Origin: Acidimicrobiales bacterium
GTDB lineage: Bacteria; Actinomycetota; Acidimicrobiia; Acidimicrobiales; RAAP-2
DNA: 64,000 bases
Direction: 5' to 3'
NCBI GenBank assembly: GCA_052145775.1
Contig: JBKQNY010000007.1
Location: 958 to 64,957 of the forward strand
Under the pieces are notes generated by a model that saw nothing but the letters and a program-made list of their open reading frames with translations, was not told the origin of the DNA and did no database searches. How positions within the stretch are numbered: the stretch's first letter is position 1; the number at the start of each line of letters is the position of its first letter. The translations under genes and the position numbers were made by a program. Positions 9,711-19,535 of this stretch are shown here, piece by piece.

Positions 9711-12700
9711 TCAGACCCGCTCCACCCAGGCGCGGGCCCCTTCGACCCCGTCGAGCTCGAGCGCCGTCCCCTCACCGTCCCCGGGGCCGAGGACGACCTC
9801 GGTGGCCAGCACCTCCCGGGCGATGGACCCGACCAGCGCCTCCACCTCGTCCGCCCCGACCAGGTGGAGGCGGATGCGGTCGGACACCTCGAAGCCGCTC
9901 GCCTTGCGCAGGTCCTGGACGTGGCGGACCACCTCGCGGGCGAGCCCGCGCCGGCGCAGGTCGTCGTCGAGGCGAAGGTCCAGGGCGACGACCTCGCCCC
10001 CCTCCCTCGAGACCGCGAACCCGGCCTGCCCCCGCACCCGCAGCTCCACCTCGCCCGGGGAGAGCGCTACCCGCCCGGCCGACAGGTCGACGGCCACCGA
10101 GCCCCCGGACTCGAGCGAGGCGGCGGCCGCCGCCGCGTCCACCTTGTCCAGGGCGGCCCGCACCTCCTTCACCGCCTCGCCCAGGCGGGGTCCGAGCACC
10201 TTGAAGTTGGGCACCAGCTCGAACTGGAGGACCTCCCCCAGCTCCTCGGTGACCACCACCTCGTCCACGTTGAGCTCGTCCTCCACCACGCCGCCGAGGA
10301 GGGGCGGGGCGCCGGGGGGGAGGAACACCAGGGCCCGGGCCAGGGGCTGGCGGACGCGGACACCGGCCTCGCCGCGGGCGGCCCGGCCGAGCGAGGTGAG
10401 CCGGCGGGCCAGCGCCATCTGGGCCTCGAGGTCGGGGTCGACGGCCGCGCCCCACCCCGCGGCCGCCGCGGCGCGCCGGTCCGCCGGGGCCTCCCCGGCG
10501 GACCGCTCGGGCCAGTCGGCCAGGTGCACGGAGTCGTCCTCGGCGGCCCCGGTGAGCTCCCGCCACAGGCGGTCGGCCAGGAAGGGGCAGAACGGGGCGA
10601 GCAGGACCGACACCGTCACCAGCGCCTGGTGCAGGGTGGCCTGGGCGGACAGCGAGTCGGCCGGCGGCGCGTCGGGGTCGGTCCGCCAGAACCGCCGCCG
10701 GCTCCGCCGCACGTACCAATTGGAGAGGTCGTCCACCAGCTCGGCCAGGGCCGTGGCCGCCTCCAGGGGCTCGTAGGCGTCGAGGGCCTCCGTCACCCGG
10801 GCCACCGTCGAGCCCACCCGCGACAGCGCCCAGCGGTCGAGGGCCGGCCGGTCGGCAGCGTCGGGCACGGCGGGGTCGTCGGGGTCGAACCCGTTCAACG
10901 AGGCGTAGGTGGTGAAGAAGCTGAGGGTGTTCCACAGGGTGAGCGGCGTCTCGCGCAAGGAGGCGTCGATGACCGCAAGGCTCACCCGGGTGGGCGTCCA
11001 GGGCGAGCCCTGGCTGAACATCCACCACCGCAGCGGGTCGGCCCCCCGGGTGCCGAGGATCTCCCAGGGGTCGATCACGTTCCCCACGGACTTGGACATC
11101 TTTCGGCCGTCGGCGTCGACGATGTGCCCCAGGCACATGACGTGGCGGTAGGGGGCCCGGCCGAAGACCAGGGTGTTCACCGCCAGCAGCGAGTAGAACC
11201 ACCCCCGGGTCTGGTCGATGGCCTCGGTGATGAAGTCGGCCGGGAAGGCGAACGCCTCCTCGGAGCCCGGGGCCCAGGGGTAGCCGACCTGGGCTGCCGG
11301 CATCGAGCCCGAGTCGAACCAGGCGTCGATCACCGCCTCGACACGGCGGGCTGCGGGCACGGTCAGCGCCGAGGCCACGTCCCCGGTGACCGCCCCGGCC
11401 GCACTGGAGGCCGCGGCCACCATGGCGCACTCGGGGCACGGGAACTCCACCTCGTCGATGGCCGGACGGTGCGGGTCGACGTCGCGCACGTCGTGCCCGG
11501 CCAGCTCGGAGAGCTCGGCCAGCGAGCCGACGCAGAAGACGTGGCCGTCGTCGCACCGCCACACGGGAAGCGGGGTGCCCCAGTAGCGGTCGCGCGAGAG
11601 CGCCCAGTCGACGTTGTTCTCCAGCCACTCCCCGAACCGGCCGTCGCGGATGTAGGCGGGGTGCCAGTCGACGGCCTGGTTGGCCGACAGCAGGTCGGCT
11701 TTGCGGGTCGAGGTGGCCACGTACCAGCTGGGCTTGCCCCAGTAGACGAGGGGGGTCCCGCACCGCCAGCAATGGGGGTAGGAGTGGACGTGGGGCTGGC
11801 GCCGGAGCAGCAGCCCCTCGGCCTCCAGCCGGTCGTTGATGTCGTGATTGGCCTTGCGCACCTCTCGCCCGGACAGCCACCCGGCCGCCTCGGTGAACCG
11901 GCCGTCGGGGCCGACGGGGTTGAGGGTGGGCAGGCCGTGCTCGCGGCCGACCTGGCGGTCGATCTCGCCGAAGGCCGGGGCCAGGTGCACGAGGCCGGTG
12001 CCCTCCTCGGTGGTGACGTAGTCGGCGGTCACCACCCGCCACCCGTCCGCCCCGTGGGGGACGGCCACCGCGTCGAGGGGTCGGCGGTAGCGGGCGCCGA
12101 AGAGGAGGCGCCCCGGGACGCGGTGGGTGATCCGGGCGCCCTCCCCGAACACCGCCTCGACCAGTGGCTCGGCCACCAGCTTGCGGTCAACCACGGCGTA
12201 GACGAGGTCGGGATGGACGGCGACCCCGCTGTTGGAGGGGAGCGTCCAGGGGGTGGTGGTCCACACCACGAGGTGGGTGGCGTCGCCCACCACCGCGGGG
12301 TCGGGGTCCTCCAGGGGCAGCAGCACGTAGGCCGACTCGTCTTCCTCGTCGGCGTAGACGCCGGGCTGCCCGAGCTCGTGGCTGGACAGCGCGGTCCCGC
12401 ACCTCGGGCAGTAGGGGACGACCTTCAGGTCCTCGTAGAGGAGGCCCTGGTCGAACAGGTGCTTGAGGTGCCACCAGACGGACTGGACGTAGTCGGGGTC
12501 GAAGGTCCAGTAGGCGGCGGACAGGTCCACCCAGTAGCCGATCCGTTCGGTGAGCTTCTGCCAGTCCTCCACGTAGTCGAGGACCGAGTCCCGGCAGAGC
12601 CGGGTGAACTCGGCGATGCCCACCTCGTCCTCGATCTGGCGCTTGCCGGTGATGCCCAGCCGGCGCTCGACCTCCACCTCCACCGGGAGCCCGTGGGTGT

Positions 12701-12956
12701 CCCAGCCGGCCCGCCGGGCCACCAGGAAGCCGCGCATGGTGCGGTAACGGCAGAAGAGGTCCTTGTAGACCCGGGCCCACACGTGGTGCAGGCCGGGCCG
12801 GCCGTTGGCCGTGGGCGGACCCTCGTAGAAGACCCAGGGCTCGGACCCCTCCCGGCGGCCGACCGAGCGCTCGAAGACCAGGTGCCGGCGCCAGCGGGAC
12901 AGCTCCTCCTCCTCCAGCGTGACGAAGTCGGCGTCGGGCGGGACGGGGCGGAACAA
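9711..12956 (-). CDS. ileS: Isoleucine--tRNA ligase (type 2)
   Basis: Tracked ORF 9711..13439. YEGPPTANGRPGLHH (HIGH-type), GRKMSKSVGNVIDP (KMSKS). TTG at 12956 gives MFRPVPPDADFVTLEEEELSRW, like other actinobacterial IleS N-termini, and is preceded by GGAGAA. The longer tracked N-terminus overlaps the HAD gene. Confidence 0.95.
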   Translation of the reverse strand: MFRPVPPDADFVTLEEEELSRWRRHLVFERSVGRREGSEPWVFYEGPPTANGRPGLHHVWARVYKDLFCRYRTMRGFLVARRAGWDTHGLPVEVEVERRLGITGKRQIEDEVGIAEFTRLCRDSVLDYVEDWQKLTERIGYWVDLSAAYWTFDPDYVQSVWWHLKHLFDQGLLYEDLKVVPYCPRCGTALSSHELGQPGVYADEEDESAYVLLPLEDPDPAVVGDATHLVVWTTTPWTLPSNSGVAVHPDLVYAVVDRKLVAEPLVEAVFGEGARITHRVPGRLLFGARYRRPLDAVAVPHGADGWRVVTADYVTTEEGTGLVHLAPAFGEIDRQVGREHGLPTLNPVGPDGRFTEAAGWLSGREVRKANHDINDRLEAEGLLLRRQPHVHSYPHCWRCGTPLVYWGKPSWYVATSTRKADLLSANQAVDWHPAYIRDGRFGEWLENNVDWALSRDRYWGTPLPVWRCDDGHVFCVGSLAELSELAGHDVRDVDPHRPAIDEVEFPCPECAMVAAASSAAGAVTGDVASALTVPAARRVEAVIDAWFDSGSMPAAQVGYPWAPGSEEAFAFPADFITEAIDQTRGWFYSLLAVNTLVFGRAPYRHVMCLGHIVDADGRKMSKSVGNVIDPWEILGTRGADPLRWWMFSQGSPWTPTRVSLAVIDASLRETPLTLWNTLSFFTTYASLNGFDPDDPAVPDAADRPALDRWALSRVGSTVARVTEALDAYEPLEAATALAELVDDLSNWYVRRSRRRFWRTDPDAPPADSLSAQATLHQALVTVSVLLAPFCPFLADRLWRELTGAAEDDSVHLADWPERSAGEAPADRRAAAAAGWGAAVDPDLEAQMALARRLTSLGRAARGEAGVRVRQPLARALVFLPPGAPPLLGGVVEDELNVDEVVVTEELGEVLQFELVPNFKVLGPRLGEAVKEVRAALDKVDAAAAAASLESGGSVAVDLSAGRVALSPGEVELRVRGQAGFAVSREGGEVVALDLRLDDDLRRRGLAREVVRHVQDLRKASGFEVSDRIRLHLVGADEVEALVGSIAREVLATEVVLGPGDGEGTALELDGVEGARAWVERV

Positions 12957-13000
12957 GGGTTCTCCAGGTCGGGACGGGCCGGCGGGCGGTGCGCCAAAGA

Positions 13001-13741
13001 CTAGAGGCTGGCCGGACGGGTCCGGCCCGGGTGCGCGGCGCCCGGAGCGGCCATCGGGTCGGCGCCGTGCGCCGCCGCCACCCTGGCGTAGAGCGCCTCG
13101 TCGGCCTGGACGAGGGAGTCGAGCACGGCGTCGGCGATGGCGAACGCCGGCCGGTCGCGTTCGGCCGGCTCGGGCACCGCCACGCAGGCCATGCGGGCCG
13201 CCTTGGCCGCCAACACGCCGGCCGGGGCGTCCTCCCACACCAGGCAGCGGTCCGGGGCCACCCCGAGGCGGTCGGCGGTGGTGAGGAACACCCCGGGGTG
13301 GGGCTTGCCGTAGGGCTCGTCCTCGGCCGAGTGGACCAGCGAGAACTCGCCCGACAGGCCGAAGTGGTCGAGCACGTAGTTGATCAGCCGGTACTCCGAC
13401 GACGAGGCGACGGCCAGCGGGAGGCCGTGGCCCCGGCACAGCTCCAGGGCCACCGAGACGCCCGGCTGCAGTCGCCCGCGGGCGGCGACCAGCTCCATGA
13501 CCCGGTCCACCACGGCGACCGCCACGGCGTCGGGGTCGGGTCCCTCCCAGGGATGGCGCTCGAACCAGTACCGCGTCACCTCGCCCACGAACATGCCCTT
13601 GGTCTGGCGGCAGGACGAAGCGAGGAGCGGCACGCCGAGGCCACCCAGGATCTCGATCTCGGCCTCGTGCCAGAGCGGCTCGGAGTCGACGAGGAGGCCG
13701 TCCATGTCGAAGACGGCGGCACCGAAGACGGCGTCGTTCAC
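13001..13741 (-). CDS. HAD-IA sugar/hexitol phosphatase (YniC/HxpB-like)
   Basis: 246 aa. AAVFDMDGLLVDSEPLWHEAE (DxDG motif), YGKPHPGVFL, LVWEDAPAGVLAAKAARM. Collinear by eye with E. coli YniC, apart from an extra C-terminal tail of about 25 aa. Confidence 0.9.
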   Translation of the reverse strand: MNDAVFGAAVFDMDGLLVDSEPLWHEAEIEILGGLGVPLLASSCRQTKGMFVGEVTRYWFERHPWEGPDPDAVAVAVVDRVMELVAARGRLQPGVSVALELCRGHGLPLAVASSSEYRLINYVLDHFGLSGEFSLVHSAEDEPYGKPHPGVFLTTADRLGVAPDRCLVWEDAPAGVLAAKAARMACVAVPEPAERDRPAFAIADAVLDSLVQADEALYARVAAAHGADPMAAPGAAHPGRTRPASL

Positions 13742-13771
13742 CGCGGGCCTCCCGGGCGCAGCGAGGTCCGC

Positions 13772-14260
13772 TCAGCCGGGCAGCTGGGCCTCGATGGCCC
13801 CGACCAGCGCGGGGTCCTCCGGATCGACCTGGGGACGGAACCGGGCCACCACCTCGCCCGAAGGCGACACCAGGAACTTCTCGAAGTTCCAGGTCACGTC
13901 ACCGGCCTGTCCGTCGTCGTCGGGCACCGTCGTCAGCTCGGCGTAGATGGGGTGCCGGTGCTCCCCGTTCACGTCGATCTTCTCGAACAGGGGGAAGGTC
14001 ACCCCGTAGGTCGTCGAACAGAACTCGGCGATCTCCTCGGCCGACCCCGGCTCCTGGCCCAGGAACTGGTTGCAGGGGAAGCCGAGCACGCTGAACCCCC
14101 GGCCCTCGTAGCGCTCCTGGAGCCGCTCGAGGCCCTCGTACTGCGGGGTCAGACCGCACTTGGAAGCGACGTTGACCAGGAGCAGCGCCTTGCCGCGCTG
14201 GGGGGCCAACGAGGAGTGCTCGCCGGAGAGGGTGTCGATGGGGATGTCGTAGAGGTCCAT
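13772..14260 (-). CDS. Glutathione peroxidase (Cys-type)
   Basis: 162 aa. LLLVNVASKCGLTPQY, VLGFPCNQFLGQEPG, VTWNFEKFLV. Confidence 0.95.
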   Translation of the reverse strand: MDLYDIPIDTLSGEHSSLAPQRGKALLLVNVASKCGLTPQYEGLERLQERYEGRGFSVLGFPCNQFLGQEPGSAEEIAEFCSTTYGVTFPLFEKIDVNGEHRHPIYAELTTVPDDDGQAGDVTWNFEKFLVSPSGEVVARFRPQVDPEDPALVGAIEAQLPG

Positions 14261-14382
14261 CGCGCCACGTTAGCGAGGCCGGTCCACGGGCCGCCCGGCC
14301 GAGCCGCCCGTACAGATTCCACTGAGTACCGTCTGACTGCGGTCCGGCGCGCGGCCGGGCTGCACCGAGAGAGGGGGCGGCC

Positions 14383-15327
14383 ATGCACGCCGTGGTCATC
14401 GACGGGGGCGAGCTCTCCTACGTGGAGCGGCCGGACCCGGTGCCCGGGGACACCGAGCTGCTGGTGGCGGTCGAGGCCGCCGGCCTCAACGCGGCCGACC
14501 TCCTGCAGCGCCGCGGCCACTACCCGGCCCCCGCCGGCTCGCCGGCCGACATCCCCGGGCTCGAGCTGGCCGGGGTGGTGGCCGCCGTGGGCCCCCGGGT
14601 CACCCGCTTCGCCACCGGGGACCGGGTGATGGCAGTGGTGGGTGGAGGGGCCCAGGCCACCCTGGCCGTGGTGGACGAGACGCACGCGCTCGCCGTGCCC
14701 GACACGGTGGGCTGGGCCGAGGCCGGCGGGTTCCCCGAGGCCTTCTCCACCGCCCACGACGCGCTGTTCACCCAGTGCGGCCTCGCCCTGGGCGAGCGGG
14801 TGCTGGTCACCGGCGCGGCCGGCGGCGTGGGCACGGCCGCGGTCCAGCTGGCGGCGGCGGCCGGCGCCACCGTGGTGGCCTCGGTGCGCGACCCGTCACG
14901 TCGCCCCGCGCTGGCCACCCTCGGGGCGGCCGAGGTGGTCGGCCCCGAGGAGGCGGCCGTCGCCGGACCCTACGACGTGGTCCTCGAGCTGGTGGGCGCC
15001 GCCAGCCTGCCCGGGGCATTGCGATCCCTGGCCACCGGTGGTCGGGTGGCGGTCGTCGGCGTGGGGAGCGGCGCCCGGATCGAGCTCGACCTGCTCGGCC
15101 TCATGGCCGCCCGGGCAAGGATCGGCGGCTCGACGCTACGGTCCCGCGACCGCCGGGAGAAGGCCGACGTGGCCGCCGCCGTGGCCGCGCACGCGGTGCC
15201 CCTCCTCGCCCGGGGAACGGTCCGGGTCCCGGTGTGCGAGACCTTCCCCATGGCCGAGGTGGAACTGGCCCACGACCGCTTCGCCCGCGGGTCCAAGCTC
15301 GGCAAGGTCGTCCTCGTCACCCGATGA
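14383..15327 (+). CDS. NADPH:quinone oxidoreductase / MDR-family zinc-independent dehydrogenase
   Basis: 314 aa. LLVAVEAAGLNAADLLQRRGHYPAP, cofactor loop VTGAAGGVGTAAVQLAAAAGATVVA. Confidence 0.9.
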   Translation: MHAVVIDGGELSYVERPDPVPGDTELLVAVEAAGLNAADLLQRRGHYPAPAGSPADIPGLELAGVVAAVGPRVTRFATGDRVMAVVGGGAQATLAVVDETHALAVPDTVGWAEAGGFPEAFSTAHDALFTQCGLALGERVLVTGAAGGVGTAAVQLAAAAGATVVASVRDPSRRPALATLGAAEVVGPEEAAVAGPYDVVLELVGAASLPGALRSLATGGRVAVVGVGSGARIELDLLGLMAARARIGGSTLRSRDRREKADVAAAVAAHAVPLLARGTVRVPVCETFPMAEVELAHDRFARGSKLGKVVLVTR

Positions 15328-15337
15328 CGCCGGGGCT

Positions 15338-15751
15338 CTAGACCTCCAGCAGCTCGAGCGCGTCGAACTCCCAGAAGGCGCGCAGCGCCACCAGCTTCCC
15401 CTTCCCGTCGGTACGGTAGGTGGAGACGTTGTGCACCACGGCCACGTGCTTCCCCCCGGCCAGCGTCGTGCGGATGGTCAGCACGTCGGCCACCTCGTCG
15501 CCGCAGAGGTAGGAGCTGTGGACCTCGAAGGCGACGTGCTCGCTGGGGGCGACCACCGTGTCGTAGAAGGCGGCGATGGCCTCGCGGCCCCGGTGGCCCA
15601 GACCTGCCGGGTCGAAGGGCGAGGGCCCGACCGGGTCCGCCACCAGCGCGTCGTCGGTGAACAGGGCGAGCCACCCCTCACGGTCCTTGGCCTCCACCGC
15701 CGCCCTCGAGCGCCGTCCGAGCTCCCGAGCGTCAGGTGCCCCTCCAGCCAT
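15338..15751 (-). CDS. SnoaL-like / NTF2-fold (ketosteroid-isomerase-like) protein
   Basis: 137 aa. AVEAKDREGWLALFTDDALVADPVG, GREAIAAFYDTVV, typical NTF2-like layout. The function is not assignable. Confidence 0.75.
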   Translation of the reverse strand: MAGGAPDARELGRRSRAAVEAKDREGWLALFTDDALVADPVGPSPFDPAGLGHRGREAIAAFYDTVVAPSEHVAFEVHSSYLCGDEVADVLTIRTTLAGGKHVAVVHNVSTYRTDGKGKLVALRAFWEFDALELLEV

Positions 15752-15782
15752 CGCCGCCCCCTTCCCTTTCGTTCCGGCGCCC

Positions 15783-16658
15783 TCAGCGCGTCTTTTGGAT
15801 CACCGTCTCTGCGAACCAGCGGAGCTTGTCGACTTTGTCCGACAGCGGCTCGATGTCCGGCCCCACCTCGTACGGCCAGCGGAACCCCACGATGACGTCG
15901 GTCACCCCCTCCTCCTCGAGGCGCCCCACCCCCTCGACGCTGAACCCGTCCATGGAGATCACGTGGACCTCAAAGGGTCGCCCGGCCGTCCCCTCCTCCT
16001 GGCGCAGCTCGGCAAGGCGGTGGAGCAGGCCTGGCAGATCCTCGGGATCGCCGCCCCCGTGGACCCACCCATCGCCGTCGCGCGCCGCCCGGCGGAGGGC
16101 CGCCTCCCCGTGGCCGCCGATGAGGAGGGGGATGGGCTCGGTGGGGACCGGGGTGATCTTGATGGGCGGCACGTCGAACGCCTCCCCGTGGTGCTCGAAG
16201 TAGCCGCCGGCCGACAGCCCGCGCACGATGGCCACCGCGTCGTCCATCCTCGTGCCCCTCCCCTCCCAGGGCACGCCGAGGATGTCGTAGTCCTCCCGCC
16301 ACGGGCTGGTCCCCACCCCGAGGACCAGGCGGTTCCCGGTGAGCACGGCGGTGGAGGTGGCCTGCTTGGCCACCAGCACCGGGTGGCGGATGGGCAGCTT
16401 CACCACGAAGGTCACGAAGCGGATCCGCTCGGTCACCGCGCCCATGGCCGGGATGAGGGAGAACGGCTCGAGGAAGGGCTTGTCGTCGAGGAACTCCCGG
16501 GTCCCGTCGGGGTTGAACGGGTAGACGCTGTCGGAGGTCTTCGGGTAGCAGATGCTGTCGGGAACGACCATCGAGTCGTAGCCGGCGTCCTCGGCCGCCC
16601 GGGCCAGGGGCAGGTAGAAGGCGGGGTCGGTCATCGACTCGGCGTAGGAGAAGCGCAC
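15783..16658 (-). CDS. LLM-class (luciferase-like) F420-dependent oxidoreductase
   Basis: Tracked ORF 15783..16817. VRFSYAESMTDPAFYLPLARAAEDAGYDSMVVPDS, LGVGTSPWREDYDILGVPWEGRGTRMDDAVAIVRGL. GTG at 16658 is preceded by GGAGG with a 3-nt spacer. Confidence 0.85.
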   Translation of the reverse strand: MRFSYAESMTDPAFYLPLARAAEDAGYDSMVVPDSICYPKTSDSVYPFNPDGTREFLDDKPFLEPFSLIPAMGAVTERIRFVTFVVKLPIRHPVLVAKQATSTAVLTGNRLVLGVGTSPWREDYDILGVPWEGRGTRMDDAVAIVRGLSAGGYFEHHGEAFDVPPIKITPVPTEPIPLLIGGHGEAALRRAARDGDGWVHGGGDPEDLPGLLHRLAELRQEEGTAGRPFEVHVISMDGFSVEGVGRLEEEGVTDVIVGFRWPYEVGPDIEPLSDKVDKLRWFAETVIQKTR

Positions 16659-16722
16659 GGGACCTCCGAATTGGGATGGGCGGCGGGGTCGGCCCCCAGC
16701 AGGCCGCTCTACCATTCGGCCT

Positions 16723-17862
16723 GTGGTCCCCCATCCTGCCAGCCCGCCGTCGGGCGCGCCCCACCCCTCCGACCACGTCGACCTCGACTTGGTGGAGGAA
16801 GAGGCGCGCCGGCTCATCGGCGAGATGCCCTACGCCTACTACGCCGGCGGGGCCGAGGGCGAGCGGCTCCTGGCCGACAACGTCGCCGCCTGGTCGCGCT
16901 GGCGGCTCCATCCCCGGATCCTGGTCGACGTCTCGGCGGTGTCCACGGCCACCACCGTCCTGGGCGCGCCGGTGGCCAACCCCTTCCTGGTGGCCCCCAC
17001 GGCCATCCACGGGCTGGCCCACCCCGAGGCCGAGGTGGCCACGGCCCGGGGCGCGGCCGCGGCCGGTTCGTGCCTGGTGCTCTCGTCCCTCGCCACGCGC
17101 TCGCTCGAGGACGTGGCGGCCGCCGCCCCCGGGGCGCCGCGGTGGATGCAGGTCTACGTGCTGCGCGACCGGGGTCGCACGGCCCAGATGGTGGCCCGGA
17201 CGGCCTCCGCCGGCTACTCGGCCCTGGTGCTCACGGTCGACGCACCGGTCTCGGGGCTCCGCCTGCGCGAGGTGCGCGGCGGCGTGCATCTCCCCGAGGA
17301 CCTCGCACTCCCCAACCTGGCCGCCTCCAGCACCGAGCGCGCCCGGGAGGGAGGCTTCATGGCCGTGGTGACCGGGGAGTTCGACCCGGCCCTCACCTTC
17401 GACGACGTGGGGTGGCTGGCCGGCCTGGCCGGCCTCCCGGTGGTGGTGAAGGGGGTGCTGCGGGCCGACGACGCCGCCCGTTGCGTGGAGGCCGGGGCGG
17501 CGGCGGTCGTCGTCTCCAACCACGGGGGCCGCCAGCTCGACGACGCACCGGCCACCGCCGACGTGCTGGGTGCGGTGGTCGAGGCCGTGGGCGGGCGTGC
17601 CGAGGTCTACGTCGACGGCGGCATCCGCCGCGCCGCCGACGCCGCCAAGGCGCTCGCCATGGGTGCCCGCGGGGTGCTGATCGGCCGTCCGGTGCTGTGG
17701 TCACTGGCCACCGGGGGAGCTGAGGGGGTGGCCGGACTGCTCGGGTGCTTCGAGCGCGAGCTCCGTCGGGTGATGGCGCTGTGCGGGGCGCCGTCGGTGC
17801 CCGCCCTCGACCGCTCCCTCGTGCTGCCGGCCGGGCGGCCCGGCCCAGGGGAGGCGCCGTGA
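16723..17862 (+). CDS. FMN-dependent alpha-hydroxy-acid dehydrogenase/oxidase (LldD/glycolate-oxidase family)
   Basis: 379 aa. MPYAYYAGGAEGE, VVSNHGGRQLDDAPATADVL, YVDGGIRRAADAAKALAMGARGVLIGRPVLW. The start (GTG 16723) is uncertain. Confidence 0.9.
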   Translation: MVPHPASPPSGAPHPSDHVDLDLVEEEARRLIGEMPYAYYAGGAEGERLLADNVAAWSRWRLHPRILVDVSAVSTATTVLGAPVANPFLVAPTAIHGLAHPEAEVATARGAAAAGSCLVLSSLATRSLEDVAAAAPGAPRWMQVYVLRDRGRTAQMVARTASAGYSALVLTVDAPVSGLRLREVRGGVHLPEDLALPNLAASSTERAREGGFMAVVTGEFDPALTFDDVGWLAGLAGLPVVVKGVLRADDAARCVEAGAAAVVVSNHGGRQLDDAPATADVLGAVVEAVGGRAEVYVDGGIRRAADAAKALAMGARGVLIGRPVLWSLATGGAEGVAGLLGCFERELRRVMALCGAPSVPALDRSLVLPAGRPGPGEAP

Positions 17863-19535
17863 CCACGGTGGCGAACCTGCTGGCCGAGCGGGCCGACGAC
17901 GACCATCCCGCCGTGCTGGCCGAGACAGGCTCGTGGAGCTGGCGGGAGGCGGTGGGCGCCGGGGCGCTGCGGGGGGTGGTGGCGGGCCGGCTCCGGCTTC
18001 CCGGTCCCTTCCACGTGGGCGTCTTGCTGCCCAACGTCCCCGAGTACCTCTTCTGGTTGAACGGCGCCGCCTTGGCCGGGGCGGCGGTGGTGGGCATCAA
18101 CCCCACCCGCCGGGGCGATGCCCTGGCCGCCGACGTCCGGGCCACCGGCTGTCAGCTCATCGTGACCGACGAGGAGGGCGCGGGGTTGCTGGCCGGCCTC
18201 GACCACGGCGTCGCCGGCGACCGCGTGCTGGTGGTGGGGACCCCCGCCTACCGCGCCCTGCTCGAGGAGGCCGACGGCGATGGGGCGGCAAGCCGCGCGC
18301 TTGTCGAGCGCGCCGGCGACGTCACCGAGGACCAGCTCTTCCTCCTGCTGTTCACCTCCGGCACCACCGGCACGCCCAAGGCGGTGCGCTGCACCCAGGG
18401 ACGCCTCGCCGGCATCTCGAGGGTGGCGGCACCCGGCTACGGCTACCGCCGCGAGAGCGTGTGCTACTGCGCCATGCCCCTCTTCCACGGCAACGCCCTC
18501 ATGGCCCTGTGGGGCCCGGCTCTCTTCGTCGGGGCCACCATCGCCGTGCGGCCCCGCTTCAGCGCCTCGGCCTTCCTCGACGACGTTCGCCGTTACCGGG
18601 CCACGGTGTTCAACTACGTCGGCAAGGCCATCGCCTACATCCTGGCCACCCCCGAGCGCCCCGACGACTCGGAGAACACCCTGGTCAGCGGGTTCGGCAC
18701 CGAGGCCTCGCTGCGCGACCGCTCCCGCTTCTACAAGCGGTTCGGCTGCGTGCTCCTCGAGGGCTACGGCCAGAGCGAGGGCGGCGCCACCATCCACCCG
18801 GCCAAGGGCATGCCCAAGGGCGCCCTCGGCAAGGCCCCGCCCGGGGTCGACCTGGCCGTCGTCGACCCGGCCACCGGCCAAGAATGCCCGTCGGCCGTCT
18901 TCGACGCCGAGGGGAGGCTCCGCAACGCCGGCCAGGCCACGGGGGAGATCGTGAACCGCAGCGGCCAGGGGGGCTTCGAGGGCTACTACGGCGCCCCCGA
19001 GGCCGAGGCCGAGCGGACCCGTCACGGCTGGTACTGGACCGGCGACCTCGCCTACCGCGACGCCGACGGCTTCTTCTTCTTCGCCGGGCGGCGCGGCGAC
19101 TGGCTCCGCGTCGACTCGGAGAACTTCGCCGCCGGCCCGGTCGAGACGGTGCTCTCGCGCCACCCCGACCTCTCGGTGGTCGCCGTCTACGCCGTGCCGG
19201 ACACGACCACCGGCGTGGGCGACCAGGTGATGGCCGCCGTCGAGCTGCGGCCCGGGGCCACCTTCGACCCCGCCGGCTTCGCCCGCTGGCTGGCCGATCA
19301 GCCCGACCTCGGCACCAAGTGGGCCCCGCGCTTCGTGCGCCTCTCGACCGAGCTTCCCCAGACCGCCACCGGGAAGGTGACCAAGGTCGACCTGCGCACC
19401 GAGCGGTGGGACACCGCGGACGAGGTCTGGTGGCGGCCCGGCCCCCTCGACGGAGGCTACCGACCTCTCACCGACGAGGACCGGATGAGGCTGGCGGACG
19501 AGCTGGCCAACCAGCGGGGGCCGGCGACCACATGA
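17859..19535 (+). CDS. Acyl-CoA synthetase / AMP-dependent ligase (FadD-like)
   Basis: Tracked ORF 17745..19535. LLLFTSGTTGTPKAVRCTQ (AMP motif), WYWTGDLAYRDADGFFFFAGRRGDWLRVDSENF. GTG at 17859 overlaps the upstream TGA (GTGA) and follows GGGGAGG. Confidence 0.9.
   Translation: MTTVANLLAERADDDHPAVLAETGSWSWREAVGAGALRGVVAGRLRLPGPFHVGVLLPNVPEYLFWLNGAALAGAAVVGINPTRRGDALAADVRATGCQLIVTDEEGAGLLAGLDHGVAGDRVLVVGTPAYRALLEEADGDGAASRALVERAGDVTEDQLFLLLFTSGTTGTPKAVRCTQGRLAGISRVAAPGYGYRRESVCYCAMPLFHGNALMALWGPALFVGATIAVRPRFSASAFLDDVRRYRATVFNYVGKAIAYILATPERPDDSENTLVSGFGTEASLRDRSRFYKRFGCVLLEGYGQSEGGATIHPAKGMPKGALGKAPPGVDLAVVDPATGQECPSAVFDAEGRLRNAGQATGEIVNRSGQGGFEGYYGAPEAEAERTRHGWYWTGDLAYRDADGFFFFAGRRGDWLRVDSENFAAGPVETVLSRHPDLSVVAVYAVPDTTTGVGDQVMAAVELRPGATFDPAGFARWLADQPDLGTKWAPRFVRLSTELPQTATGKVTKVDLRTERWDTADEVWWRPGPLDGGYRPLTDEDRMRLADELANQRGPATT

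Noticed and set aside
9864-13004. 1046-aa plus-strand ORF
   Set aside because: It is fully antisense to ileS, which carries unmistakable HIGH/KMSKS motifs. Its composition is Gly/Arg/Pro/Val low complexity.
13010-13027. Hairpin GGCCGGAC-gg-GTCCGGCC next to the HAD stop, just upstream of ileS
   Set aside because: The 2-nt loop makes the full stem sterically unlikely. It lies inside the HAD coding tail and has no U-tract. It is not distinguishable from background GC-rich palindromes.
13078-13084. AGGGTGG (minus strand) upstream of ileS, resembling the start of the conserved T-box sequence; actinobacterial ileS genes often have T-box leaders
   Set aside because: The match stops after 7 nt (the following CGGCGGCG is not TACCGCG). 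The UGGC would pair with a G discriminator rather than the A I would expect for tRNA-Ile. I find no AUC specifier codon in the 160 nt upstream of the TTG start. The region is the coding tail of the HAD gene, which leaves only a 44-nt gap.
14156-14158. Possible selenocysteine (in-frame TGA) in the glutathione peroxidase active site
   Set aside because: The active-site codon is TGC (Cys, in VASKCGLT). There is no in-frame TGA, so there is no reason to look for a SECIS element.
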